This document shows, piece after piece, positions 1-8,856 of a DNA stretch of 64,000 bases. The position numbers and the translations under genes were made by a program. The notes under the pieces were generated by a model. That model was given only the letters and a program-made list of their open reading frames with translations. It had not been told where the DNA came from and searched no databases. This stretch comes from Candidatus Pampinifervens sinense (lineage in GTDB: Bacteria > Aquificota > Aquificia > Aquificales > Aquificaceae). Location: NCBI GenBank assembly GCA_037927135.1, contig JAXSPP010000004.1:32001-96000 (forward strand). Direction: 5' to 3'. The first letter of the stretch is position 1. Each line of letters opens with the position of its first letter.

Positions 1-1179
1 CTTTAAATAGAAGGCAAAGATAAAGCCCAACACACCCTCTACCAGAACTCCGATAAAGGAGGAAAGGACAGGCGTTTTGGTATCACCTTTGGCAAAGAAA
101 ACGCTTGAAAGCACCTTTTGGAGAGAAAAGAAGAGGAGACCTAGGGAATATACAGCAAGAACCTTTCCTGCCACGTGGATGTCTTCTAAAGAAAATTTCC
201 CCCTTCCATAAAGTAGGGCTATGATCTGATGGGAAAGGACCATGAGACCTCCTGTGGCGGGCAAGGCAAGAAGTGTAACAAACCTAAAGGCCAGTGTGAT
301 GTTCTCCCTTTGATCTTCACCCCTTGAAAGAAGGGAAAGTAAGGAGTTTGCCATACCTACCGATAGTGCCCCCAAAGGAAGCTGGAATACTCTGTTGGCA
401 TAGTACAGGTAAGATACGGCTCCCAATGCAAGGAAAGAAGCCAAAAAGGTGTCAACAAAGAAAGACAGCTGTGCTACACCAAAGCCCATGGTGGCTGGAA
501 GAAGCCTTTTGAGAAGCAGGCTAAGGTCCTCATCCTTTTGAAAGCTTACTTTTGGAAGAACATTATTTTTTATAACGGAAGGAAGATGGAAAAAAAGCTG
601 GGCAAGACCCCCAAGAATGACACCCATTATAAGGGCAATGTATCCTAAGCTTTGGGCTGTAAGAACCATACACAGAGCAAAGACCATGTTGAAGACAGCT
701 TGAGCAAAGGCTGGTATAAAGAACACACCCTTTGTATTAAGCACAGCCATAAAAAAGGCACTAAGCCCTACAAAGAAAAGGTAGCTAAAGAGGAATCTGG
801 CCATAAATACGGCAAGCTCAAAGTATTCTCTCTTTACTATACCGGGTGCCAGAATCTTTATGATCCAATCTGCAAAAAATATACCCAACAATGTTATAAA
901 AAGGTTAAAAAGGGTATAGTAGGTAAAGGTGGAGTTTAGAAAGGGTTTTTCTGTGCCTTCCCTTAATCTTTTTGCAAATATAGGGACAAAGGCGGCGTTA
1001 AAGCCTCCTTCTCCCAAAAGCCTTCTAAAGGTGTTTGGAAGTCTAAAGGCTATAAAAAAGGCATCCGTTATGTGTGATACACCAAAGTGGTAAGCTATAA
1101 GGGCATCCCTTATATAGCCAAGTATTCTACTGAGTAGGGTTGCAAGGGAAAAGGATAAGGAGTGTTTTATCAGACCCAT
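1..1179 (-). CDS. murJ: Lipid II flippase MurJ (MviN); 3' end runs off the window start
   Basis: Not in the ORF track. Manual minus-strand translation from ATG 1179 gives MGLIKHSLSFSLATLLSRILGYIRDALIAYHFGVSHITDAFFIAFRLPNTFRRLLGEGGFNAAFVP, which carries the MurJ SRxLGxxRD / FRLPN / EG motifs. Confidence 0.95.
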   Translation of the reverse strand, partial: MGLIKHSLSFSLATLLSRILGYIRDALIAYHFGVSHITDAFFIAFRLPNTFRRLLGEGGFNAAFVPIFAKRLREGTEKPFLNSTFTYYTLFNLFITLLGIFFADWIIKILAPGIVKREYFELAVFMARFLFSYLFFVGLSAFFMAVLNTKGVFFIPAFAQAVFNMVFALCMVLTAQSLGYIALIMGVILGGLAQLFFHLPSVIKNNVLPKVSFQKDEDLSLLLKRLLPATMGFGVAQLSFFVDTFLASFLALGAVSYLYYANRVFQLPLGALSVGMANSLLSLLSRGEDQRENITLAFRFVTLLALPATGGLMVLSHQIIALLYGRGKFSLEDIHVAGKVLAVYSLGLLFFSLQKVLSSVFFAKGDTKTPVLSSFIGVLVEGVLGFIFAFYLK

Positions 1180-1187
1180 AGTACTTT

Positions 1188-1274
1188 TGGTGCCGGAGGC
1201 GGGAGTCGAACCCGCACGCCCTTACGGGCACTGCCCCCTCAAGACAGCGCGTCTGCCAGTTCCGCCACTCCGGC
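1188..1274 (-). tRNA. tRNA-Leu(GAG), CCA encoded
   Basis: Reverse complement GCCGGAG...CTGTC-TTGAGGG-GGCAG...GTTCGACTCCCGCCTCCGGCACCA folds as a cloverleaf with a long variable arm. Confidence 0.96.
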
Positions 1275-1293
1275 TCACTCATAATATATTATA

Positions 1294-2478
1294 CTAGCCT
1301 TTTAGTCTAAAGTAAAGAGATCCTCCCATAGCTATGTTATAAAGAAAGAACAAGGAAGAAAGAAAGTGTACAAAAGAGGAAGCAATAAAGCCAACCTTTT
1401 TACCTGTAATAAAAGACAAGATTACACATGCTACCCATAAGGCATGCAGATAAAAGCTAAGCTTTATCCTTCCGTAAGGAATTACTTCAGACATTAGAGG
1501 CACTCTCTTTGAGGGCATGTTGCTAAGATGGAACCAAACAAGGAAAGGTGTTATCCTATACATCATACCCATTATGATGCTTGAGAAGAAGACAAGGAAA
1601 GAAAAAAGGAAGGGGACAAATAGTTTATTTGTAAAAGGATATAGCAAAAGGGAGACCATTAAAAAGGTTTGAGATATGTACCAAAAGAGAATGACAGGTT
1701 CGGCTCTCTTCCTTCTTTTTATGAGCCTCTTTATGGTCATGTAAGAGTAAGCTAGAAAGAGTAGAAGGAGGGGTATTGAGAGGAGGTTATCAAGGGTAGC
1801 TAAAAGAAGACTTATGGAGATTGCTGTGGGGAATATCCTTGAGAAGTTTTTGTTGTAAGGTTCTGTTATAAAGAACATCTCCACCACCTGAAAGGAGACA
1901 CTTGCTACAAGAAGGCCTATCCACCCAAAGAGGAGGATGGTAAGGTGCGCATGTATGGCCTTGTTCCAAAAGGGTACAAGGTCAAAATAGGAAAGCACTT
2001 GGTAAAACCCAATGGTGGCACCTACCATGAGAAGGATCAAAGCGTATCTAAAACCTAAAGGTGTAGGTGTATAGGCCTTTATTCTAAATAGGTGCCACAG
2101 CATAAGGAGAGAGGTATAAGTTATAGCTATATAGACAAGGAAAGATCCGGGCAAAAGAAGGCCTTTTTTAAAAAAGCCAAGGATAAAGAGGGTGGAGCCT
2201 GTTAGTAGAAGAGAGTAGGAGAGGAAGGCCTTTGGCTTTGGATCTTTTATCACAGCGCCTGCCACCACAGGCAACATCTGGAAGAGGGTACCAAACATGG
2301 TAAATAGACCAAAGCCTAGGGTGTAGAGGTGAACCAAAGGAGGTAGGATTAAAAAACCTTTTATAGATAAGTACAGCTCAAAGAGGGAAGCTATTAAGCT
2401 AAAGGTGCAGGCGGTTATAAAGAAGCTAAAGACTATAACAAATGGTGGAGCTTGAAGTAGGGAGAGTCCTTGGCTCAT
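1294..2478 (-). CDS. Polytopic membrane protein of unknown function with His-bearing helices (possibly NnrS-like)
   Basis: 394 aa with about 11-12 hydrophobic segments; motifs LVHLYTLGF, FQMLPV, HAHLTILLFGW, PFLVWFH; 4-nt overlap with the hemerythrin gene. Confidence 0.7.
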   Translation of the reverse strand: MSQGLSLLQAPPFVIVFSFFITACTFSLIASLFELYLSIKGFLILPPLVHLYTLGFGLFTMFGTLFQMLPVVAGAVIKDPKPKAFLSYSLLLTGSTLFILGFFKKGLLLPGSFLVYIAITYTSLLMLWHLFRIKAYTPTPLGFRYALILLMVGATIGFYQVLSYFDLVPFWNKAIHAHLTILLFGWIGLLVASVSFQVVEMFFITEPYNKNFSRIFPTAISISLLLATLDNLLSIPLLLLFLAYSYMTIKRLIKRRKRAEPVILFWYISQTFLMVSLLLYPFTNKLFVPFLFSFLVFFSSIIMGMMYRITPFLVWFHLSNMPSKRVPLMSEVIPYGRIKLSFYLHALWVACVILSFITGKKVGFIASSFVHFLSSLFFLYNIAMGGSLYFRLKG

Positions 2479-2903
2479 AAGGTGTCCATTCTGTTTATAA
2501 GCTCTAAGCTGTCAAGGTATTGATCGCACATTGGGTAAAGGATCTGCTCTTCCTTCATATTGTGCTGTTGGAGAAGTATCATGAGCGTGTCTCCTATAGA
2601 AAGAAAAGACCTTTTGTCCTTATCATCTAAAGCTAGCTTCATCCTACTTAAAAGATCTCGCACCTGACTGTGTTCTATCCTCATGACCTGCGTGGGCCCT
2701 GTAGTTATACCTGTGACCCTTTCAAACTCTGGAAAGAGGATCTCTTCCTCCTTTCTGAAATGTGTGAGCACATCTTCTTCAAAGGCCTTGAAAGCTTCCT
2801 CAGCCTCTTGCCATTTTTCTGACCTTACAAGCTCCTCCACCCTGGCATACAGACCATCACCTCTTCTGTGTTCCTCTGTTAGGTATTCCCTTATGGTATA
2901 CAT
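2475..2903 (-). CDS. Hemerythrin-like (HHE) domain protein
   Basis: EEH...HFRKEEEILFP...EH...HNMKEEQILYP. Start moved to ATG 2903, which follows SD AGGAGG. Confidence 0.9.
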   Translation of the reverse strand: MYTIREYLTEEHRRGDGLYARVEELVRSEKWQEAEEAFKAFEEDVLTHFRKEEEILFPEFERVTGITTGPTQVMRIEHSQVRDLLSRMKLALDDKDKRSFLSIGDTLMILLQQHNMKEEQILYPMCDQYLDSLELINRMDTL

Positions 2904-2914
2904 CCGCCACCTCC

Positions 2915-2951
2915 TAAGTATATATATACTTACTTTAATGGCCTCTGTCAA
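2915..2951 (-). promoter_or_regulatory. Putative promoter (TTGACA-17-TATATA) overlapped by the perfect 18-bp palindrome TAAGTATATATATACTTA
   Basis: TTGACA on the minus strand at 2951-2946; palindrome 2915-2932 abuts the SD of the hemerythrin gene. Confidence 0.6.
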
Positions 2952-2987
2952 GAAGAAAACAAAAGCTTTTTGTACTATACTAGAAAT

Positions 2988-3806
2988 ATGAAGCCTGTTT
3001 TGTTGCTTTCGGAAACCCACAGAGTAAAAAAGCTTTTGAGAAGCTTAAGGCTAAACACCGTATGTGAAGAGTCTAGATGTCCAAACATAGGTGAATGTTT
3101 TGGGGCTGGCACGGCCACCTTTATGATACTGGGGGATAGGTGTACAAGAGGCTGTACTTTTTGCAATTTAGAAAGGGGCAAGACAAGGGCACCAAACCCA
3201 GAGGAGCCATACTTACTTCTTCAGGCGGTAAAAAGCCTTGGATTAAACTATGTGGTCATCACCTCACCCACAAGGGATGACCTCAGCGATGGTGGGGCAG
3301 AGCATTTCTACAGATGTGTAAAGCTTTTAAAGGATGAGATAGAGCATATAAAGGTGGAGGTGCTTGTGCCGGACTTTAGGGGAAGTGTGGAGTCTCTCAG
3401 GCTTGTGCTCTCCGCTGGTCCAGATGTTCTGGCTCATAATGTGGAAACGGTGCCAAGGCTATATCCAAAGGTTAGAATTGGCTCCAAGTATGAGAGAAGC
3501 CTAGAGGTGTTAAAAAATTCAAAGCTTATCAATCCACAGATTCCTACAAAGTCTGCCTTGATATTGGGCTTTGGGGAAAGCTGGGAGGAGATTATTGAGG
3601 TTTTAAAAGATCTTAGAAAGGTGGACTGCGATTTTATTACCATAGGCCAATACTATCAGCCTTCTAAGCTTCACCATCCTGTGGTCAAATACTACACTCA
3701 GGAAGAGTTTATGGAGCTTGAGAAGATAGCCTACTCCCTTGGTTTTAAAAGGGCAAAGGCTGGAGCTCACATAAGGAGCTCCTATAGAGCTTGGGAGCTT
3801 ATTTAA
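2988..3806 (+). CDS. lipA: Lipoyl synthase
   Basis: CEESRCPNIGEC (CX4CX5C), CTRGCTFC (radical SAM CX3CX2C), C-terminal RSSY. Confidence 0.95.
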   Translation: MKPVLLLSETHRVKKLLRSLRLNTVCEESRCPNIGECFGAGTATFMILGDRCTRGCTFCNLERGKTRAPNPEEPYLLLQAVKSLGLNYVVITSPTRDDLSDGGAEHFYRCVKLLKDEIEHIKVEVLVPDFRGSVESLRLVLSAGPDVLAHNVETVPRLYPKVRIGSKYERSLEVLKNSKLINPQIPTKSALILGFGESWEEIIEVLKDLRKVDCDFITIGQYYQPSKLHHPVVKYYTQEEFMELEKIAYSLGFKRAKAGAHIRSSYRAWELI

Positions 3807-3807
3807 A

Positions 3808-4683
3808 TCATTCTCCTTTTGCCTCTTTTAGGGCCTGCTTTATATCCTGATCGGCCTTTCTAAAAATCTCTGCATTCTCTTTGCTAAGGTGCTTCCCATA
3901 AACCTTTAAGAGAAAAGGTATGTTTATATAGCCTGTGGCTACCTTACCCTCCTTCTCGTAAAGGTATACCCTGCATGGGGCCAGCGTTCCAAACTGGGGT
4001 ATGTCCTTCAGTATGGCTTCTCCGTAGGTAAGGTTGCATGCCAGGAAGATGGATAGCTTTGGGCTCTCTTGTCTTATGTCCATTATGTCAAGGATGTTCA
4101 TATTTACACCGTCCAGCGCCGTCTTATAAAGTGTTTTAAAGGTTTCAAAGTCCATATTTTCTATAACTTCCTCATATACTAAGTTTTCCTTTATATGTGG
4201 AGCCTGTGGAACCTTTGGCCTATTTGTGCTTACCTTTGTCAAAGCGATGTGTAGCCTTTTATACACATCTCTTATTGCTTTCTTCTCCGAGGGATCTAAA
4301 GCCTTTTCGTACTTTGAGAGGAATACCTTATGGTTTATAACCGTTGCCCTTATCTTGCCTTTATCCTCATAAACGGCCACACTACATGGTGCTATGTTTG
4401 TAAGGGCTGGAGCCTTTATCAACACACTGTCCATACCGTCAAACCTGCAGCCAAAGATGACATAGTAATTCCTGAAAGCTTTGTTTCCTCTTGCCCTTAT
4501 GGCATCGGATATGGTGAGTGTTCTCATCACCTTTAGCCCTTGTTCTTCCATACTCTTTTTTACAGCTTCCACACCAGCCTTAAAGTCCTTTTCTTTCAAG
4601 TTGTAGGTAATATACATTATCCGCAGAGGGTCCATTGCAAAAACAAAAAGGGGAAGGAAGAAAAGGAGAAAAGCCTTTAACAT
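3808..4683 (-). CDS. Exported tandem DUF302-domain protein
   Basis: Signal peptide; two repeats, each with a C...(I/L)APC(S/R)VxxYE motif; starts 3 nt after soxB. Confidence 0.75.
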   Translation of the reverse strand: MLKAFLLFFLPLFVFAMDPLRIMYITYNLKEKDFKAGVEAVKKSMEEQGLKVMRTLTISDAIRARGNKAFRNYYVIFGCRFDGMDSVLIKAPALTNIAPCSVAVYEDKGKIRATVINHKVFLSKYEKALDPSEKKAIRDVYKRLHIALTKVSTNRPKVPQAPHIKENLVYEEVIENMDFETFKTLYKTALDGVNMNILDIMDIRQESPKLSIFLACNLTYGEAILKDIPQFGTLAPCRVYLYEKEGKVATGYINIPFLLKVYGKHLSKENAEIFRKADQDIKQALKEAKGE

Positions 4684-4686
4684 CTT

Positions 4687-6429
4687 TCACCTCCAGTAGC
4701 AGTCTGTATTGTATGGATGGTCAAGCACTTTAACATTGGGCCTTCTCTCCACCTCTATATACTTCTTCTTCCTTATATAGTCTATCACAATCTCCCTTAT
4801 GTTCTTCTTTTCAGGCTCTACACCCATAGGTGGTGGGCCACCGTAGACGGCCACAAGGTATTCCTTATTTGGATCTAGGGGCTTGCCCCTTATCCTAACA
4901 TTCCTTATTCTCTCTCCCTGTTTGGCGTTTATCTTTAGTTCATACTCCACACCGTATATCCTGGACATGTCGCCTCCCTGTTGGTAAAGAGGGTTAGGAT
5001 TAAACACGTTGTCCGCCACATCCTCCCAAAGGGTCAAGAGGTCCCTTCCCTTCCTCTTCATTATAAAGACCTGTGGATAGGTTATACCAAGAACATTATA
5101 AACATGTTCTACGGTGATCTTTTGACCAGGTAGTACGGTGGGACCCCACCTGTATCCAGGAGAAGTAGCTACATCCAAGGACATTACCGCATCTACACCA
5201 TGGTAGTAGTCTGCTATAGCCTCTCCGATGAGCCTGTCCCATGTGCTGTATACTGTGTCTCTCTTGTAAAGCAATGTGCCAGCGGTGCCTATGACGGTGT
5301 TAAACTCTTGCTCATAAGGTTTGTACCACTTTTTAACAAGCTCCTTTGCTCCCTTGTCTTCGGGCACAACCTCTGAAAGCACTGGTATGAGTTTAAACCT
5401 GTAGCCATGAATCTTTCCGTTCCTAACATCTAGGTCCATCCTTCCTACAAACTTGCCGTGGGAACCTGGTGAGACTATTAGTGTGTCTCCAACCCTTACG
5501 GGTGTGGGTGTAATGTCGTGTGTGTGGCCAGAGATGACTATGTCTATACCTTTAACTATCTTCATAAGGGCTATGTCCAAGGGTAATCCGTCATGAGAGA
5601 GGAGTATTACAAGGTCTACCTTATGCTTTTCTCTTAGTTCATTGACATACTTTTGGAGCTCTTCCGGCCTTACACCAAAGCTCCATCCTTCTGTATACAC
5701 CCGTGGGTTGGCTATGGGTGTGAATGGGAAGGAGCTCCCTATTATACCTACCTTTACTCCACCCCTTTCTACCACATCGTAAGGTGGGAAGACCAGGTCT
5801 CCAAAGGGCTCCTCCGTTATGTTATAGGAGATAAACTTGGCCTTTAGCTTGTTTTTAACTATGTCTAGGAACTTTTCCTTTCCTACTGTAAAGTCCCAGT
5901 GGCCTACAATATAATCGTATCCCACATAGTTTAGCCAATCCACTACTGCTAAACCATCCGTCTTTAGGGCTATGCCAGAGGTTACCCATGTGTCTCCACC
6001 GTCAAGGATGAGGCATCTGTCCCTTCCCCTCTCATTTATTATGGTCTTTATTATGGTGGCCATCTGCGGAGCACCACCGGTCATGCCATAGAGTTTTGCA
6101 AGCCTTATGAAGCTCACACAAGATCCTGTATAGGCTTCCACAGTTCCAGGCTTTATATTGTAGTATCTCAAAAAGTCCATACCGGCCAAGTAGCCGGGTG
6201 TGCCTCTAAGGGGCTCTGGTGCCAAAAGGTTCATAGGCTCTGCAAAATATATGGGTTTTAGGTGTCCATGAATATCGGATGTGAATATGAGGGTGAGGTT
6301 TCCATAGGGTTTAAACTCCATAAGCTTTTCAAAGCTTACTGGCCTTTTGGCAAGGGCCTGTGGAGCAAGAAACAGAGAAGATATTCCTAAAGCGGAGTAG
6401 CTCAAAAATTCTCTTCTGCTTATACCCAT
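4687..6429 (-). CDS. soxB: Thiosulfohydrolase SoxB
   Basis: Tat signal SRREFL; 5'-nucleotidase-type motifs SDIHG, DGGDTW, GHWDF, SHDG, GHTH; WEDVADNVFNPNPLYQQGGDM. Confidence 0.95.
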   Translation of the reverse strand: MGISRREFLSYSALGISSLFLAPQALAKRPVSFEKLMEFKPYGNLTLIFTSDIHGHLKPIYFAEPMNLLAPEPLRGTPGYLAGMDFLRYYNIKPGTVEAYTGSCVSFIRLAKLYGMTGGAPQMATIIKTIINERGRDRCLILDGGDTWVTSGIALKTDGLAVVDWLNYVGYDYIVGHWDFTVGKEKFLDIVKNKLKAKFISYNITEEPFGDLVFPPYDVVERGGVKVGIIGSSFPFTPIANPRVYTEGWSFGVRPEELQKYVNELREKHKVDLVILLSHDGLPLDIALMKIVKGIDIVISGHTHDITPTPVRVGDTLIVSPGSHGKFVGRMDLDVRNGKIHGYRFKLIPVLSEVVPEDKGAKELVKKWYKPYEQEFNTVIGTAGTLLYKRDTVYSTWDRLIGEAIADYYHGVDAVMSLDVATSPGYRWGPTVLPGQKITVEHVYNVLGITYPQVFIMKRKGRDLLTLWEDVADNVFNPNPLYQQGGDMSRIYGVEYELKINAKQGERIRNVRIRGKPLDPNKEYLVAVYGGPPPMGVEPEKKNIREIVIDYIRKKKYIEVERRPNVKVLDHPYNTDCYWR

Positions 6430-6450
6430 TTTTGTACCTCCATAAAGATT

Positions 6451-6471
6451 ATAAAGGGGGCATGTGCCCCC
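6451..6471 (-). terminator. GC-rich hairpin between soxX and soxB (weak terminator or mRNA stabiliser)
   Basis: GGGGGC-ACAT-GCCCCC followed by TTTAT on the minus strand. Confidence 0.5.
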
Positions 6472-6478
6472 AGAAGGA

Positions 6479-7153
6479 TCATTTGTTGACAGGAGAATCT
6501 GGATGTAAGAGGAAGGCTACTATGTTTGCCACGTCTTCTGGTGAGAAGACACCGTGATAGCCAAACCTGGGCATGGAAGAACAAGGGAATGCAGACCAAG
6601 AGTTGTATACTATGTTATACACAGCCTTTATCTTTTCTATGGTCTCTGGAGAGTTTAAGTTTTCCTTGGTTATACCCCATCTTTTGCCATACTGGTAGAG
6701 GTTAGGTCCCATTGTACCACCCGGTTGACCTTTCTCTATCAGGTGACAAGCATAGCAGTTTCCACCCTTATCGGTAGGTTCATCGGAAAAGCCATAGCTT
6801 GCATACCTTCCTCCCCTTGGAGAATCTACAAGCTTTTTACCTTCCTTCCAATCTCCCATATAGATGCCCCATTGGGGGTATTTTATCTCTGCCTGGCTTA
6901 GCTGGATCACCTTTTGGACGGCGCTTGCTGGCATCTCCTCCCTGCTGGGATACTGAGAGCATATCCTTTGAGCTTCATCCTGCTTTATCTTCCACGCAAA
7001 CCTTGGGTCCGAAGAAAGGCCAGACTTTAAAACTTGCATCACTTCTTCTTGCTTTACAGCTTGTTCCTTCTTAGGCTGTACCTTTTTCTGCTGTGCTTGG
7101 ACCACACCAGCCACAAGGACAAAAAGCCCGGTTAATATTAATCCCTTCTTCAT
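6479..7153 (-). CDS. soxX: Sulfur oxidation c-type cytochrome SoxX
   Basis: GNCYACH heme motif, GTMGPNL, CSSMPRFG; signal peptide; ATG 7153 lies 8 nt after GGGAGG. Confidence 0.92.
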   Translation of the reverse strand: MKKGLILTGLFVLVAGVVQAQQKKVQPKKEQAVKQEEVMQVLKSGLSSDPRFAWKIKQDEAQRICSQYPSREEMPASAVQKVIQLSQAEIKYPQWGIYMGDWKEGKKLVDSPRGGRYASYGFSDEPTDKGGNCYACHLIEKGQPGGTMGPNLYQYGKRWGITKENLNSPETIEKIKAVYNIVYNSWSAFPCSSMPRFGYHGVFSPEDVANIVAFLLHPDSPVNK

Positions 7154-7158
7154 GTTTA

Positions 7159-7998
7159 TCACCTCCCTATACCTGGTGCCTTTATCTCTGTGCCATTAGC
7201 CAAGCCATACAGGTATGTGGAAAGGGCCACTCCAAGGTCTGAATGTGGTATAAACTCAGGCCATCTCATCTGTCTTATACACTCTGCATACCTATAGTGC
7301 ATGGTCATAGGTAGGCCCCACCTCACCAGGTATTTGGGGAATATGGATACCGCTTGACCTGCTTCACCAGGCCTGTCTGCACTCCAAAGCCTTGTAGCTC
7401 TTATTCTTACTTCCTTAGTTCCTGCATGACAGGTAGCACAGTTAAAGTCCCAAGGCCCAAGCCTTGCGTAGTATATCTGCTTTCCTATTTCAAACATCTT
7501 TTTCACATGAGGATCCTTTAGATTCACGTTTATCTTGTGGCCGTTGGACTCCATGGTAAGGTACATGATTATGCCATCGTACTCACTCACACAGTTTCCA
7601 GTCTTACCCCAACATTCGCGGACAAACTTTAGCACCTGCTCCTGTGTCATTCCCGCATACTTTTGTAGGCACCAGCCTACCCTTGTTTCAAGGTCCATAA
7701 CCTTGCCCGCATCTGCAAAGTACCTTGGAAGTTGTGCGGCCGCACCCTTGAAGACACCGGGACCCAATCCCAGGTCGCACTTATCCAGGTTATACTTCTT
7801 TATGGCTGCCTTACCAACCTCATACCATATCTCTCCAGGATTTACACCCTCAGCCAACATTCTGTTAAACTCTTGAACCAACCTCATTTCTTCTTCTGGT
7901 GTAAGCTCCCTATCCGTTTGAGCAAAGGCCTTGGTAGAAAGAATACCACCTACCAAAGCACCAACTGTAAATACACCAAGGACTACCTTCTTTCTCAT
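7159..7998 (-). CDS. soxA: Monoheme sulfur oxidation cytochrome SoxA
   Basis: Single CATCH; DLETRVGWC; active-site ECIRQMR; C-terminal APGIGR. Confidence 0.93.
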   Translation of the reverse strand: MRKKVVLGVFTVGALVGGILSTKAFAQTDRELTPEEEMRLVQEFNRMLAEGVNPGEIWYEVGKAAIKKYNLDKCDLGLGPGVFKGAAAQLPRYFADAGKVMDLETRVGWCLQKYAGMTQEQVLKFVRECWGKTGNCVSEYDGIIMYLTMESNGHKINVNLKDPHVKKMFEIGKQIYYARLGPWDFNCATCHAGTKEVRIRATRLWSADRPGEAGQAVSIFPKYLVRWGLPMTMHYRYAECIRQMRWPEFIPHSDLGVALSTYLYGLANGTEIKAPGIGR

Positions 7999-8011
7999 GC
8001 CTTCTCCTCCC

Positions 8012-8338
8012 TCAAGATACCTTTATTTCTGCCGTCCTTTCCCATTTGCCACCCTTGTTGTCTTCGTAAACGATCTTAACGATACCGCTTTCTTCTACCT
8101 TTAGAGTGAGTGCCATAAAAGGATTGGCGCTTACACCAGCACCCATATTGACGGTGCTTACAAGCTTGTCATTAAAGAATAGGTCAAGCTTGGTAAGATG
8201 GTAAGCGGGTATGGTTTGACCTGTTTGAGGGTCCTTTCTTGGCGGTGTCATAGGATGAGTTATAACCATCTGGACCCTGACTATCTCTCCCTTCTTTGCC
8301 TCCTTTGGCACACGCAGTATACCAGTTCCTACAGCCAT
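8012..8338 (-). CDS. soxZ: Sulfur carrier subunit SoxZ
   Basis: ITHPM, RKD..G..IPA, VSANP, YEDNKG. Confidence 0.93.
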   Translation of the reverse strand: MAVGTGILRVPKEAKKGEIVRVQMVITHPMTPPRKDPQTGQTIPAYHLTKLDLFFNDKLVSTVNMGAGVSANPFMALTLKVEESGIVKIVYEDNKGGKWERTAEIKVS

Positions 8339-8391
8339 ATTACACCTCCTTTATGAGATTTATTAGCTTTTAGACTTTTCTTTTACTTTTT

Positions 8392-8835
8392 TTATCCGCA
8401 ACCACCAGCTGTTACCTTTACCTCCTTGGTGGCCATCACATAGGAGCCGTCCTTTAGTTTGAGTATGGCCCTAACGTTAGAGGTTTCTCCCATCTTTATC
8501 CTTGTGGAGAAGTATACTTGACCGTTCATAGGTGTAAAGCTTACATCGGCTATCCATGGCACAGGGTTCTTGTCCACAAAGATGTAGAGCTTTTCCACCT
8601 TGTCTACAGGTATGGTGGCTTCAACGGTTATAGGCACATTGGCACCAGATTCTGCTATGGTGGGGGCTGTAAGTTTTATATCTGCAGACTCTTTGATCTG
8701 GGAGAGCTGTACTCCTAGCCTCTTTTGGATCTCCTCTTCCAGCTTGGTAGCCCCAAAGGCTGGCCTAAAGGTTGGGACCATGGTAAGTCCCACAACTGCT
8801 GCTACAGACAAGATTAGAAACTTCCTCCTATCCAT
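8392..8835 (-). CDS. soxY: Sulfur carrier SoxY
   Basis: Tat signal DRRKFL; APTIAESGANVP; C-terminal swinging arm VKVTAGGCG. Confidence 0.96.
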   Translation of the reverse strand: MDRRKFLILSVAAVVGLTMVPTFRPAFGATKLEEEIQKRLGVQLSQIKESADIKLTAPTIAESGANVPITVEATIPVDKVEKLYIFVDKNPVPWIADVSFTPMNGQVYFSTRIKMGETSNVRAILKLKDGSYVMATKEVKVTAGGCG

Positions 8836-8856
8836 GTCTATACCTCCTTAAAGTTT

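Noticed and set aside
324-939. Plus-strand ORFs 324-512 and 652-939
   Set aside because: Antisense shadows of murJ.
1188-1274. tRNA-Leu as an integration site for a mobile element
   Set aside because: No integrase, no duplicated tRNA 3' end noticed, and flanked by core genes.
2904-3020. N-terminal extension of the hemerythrin ORF to 3020
   Set aside because: Overlaps lipA and the promoter region; a strong SD supports ATG 2903.
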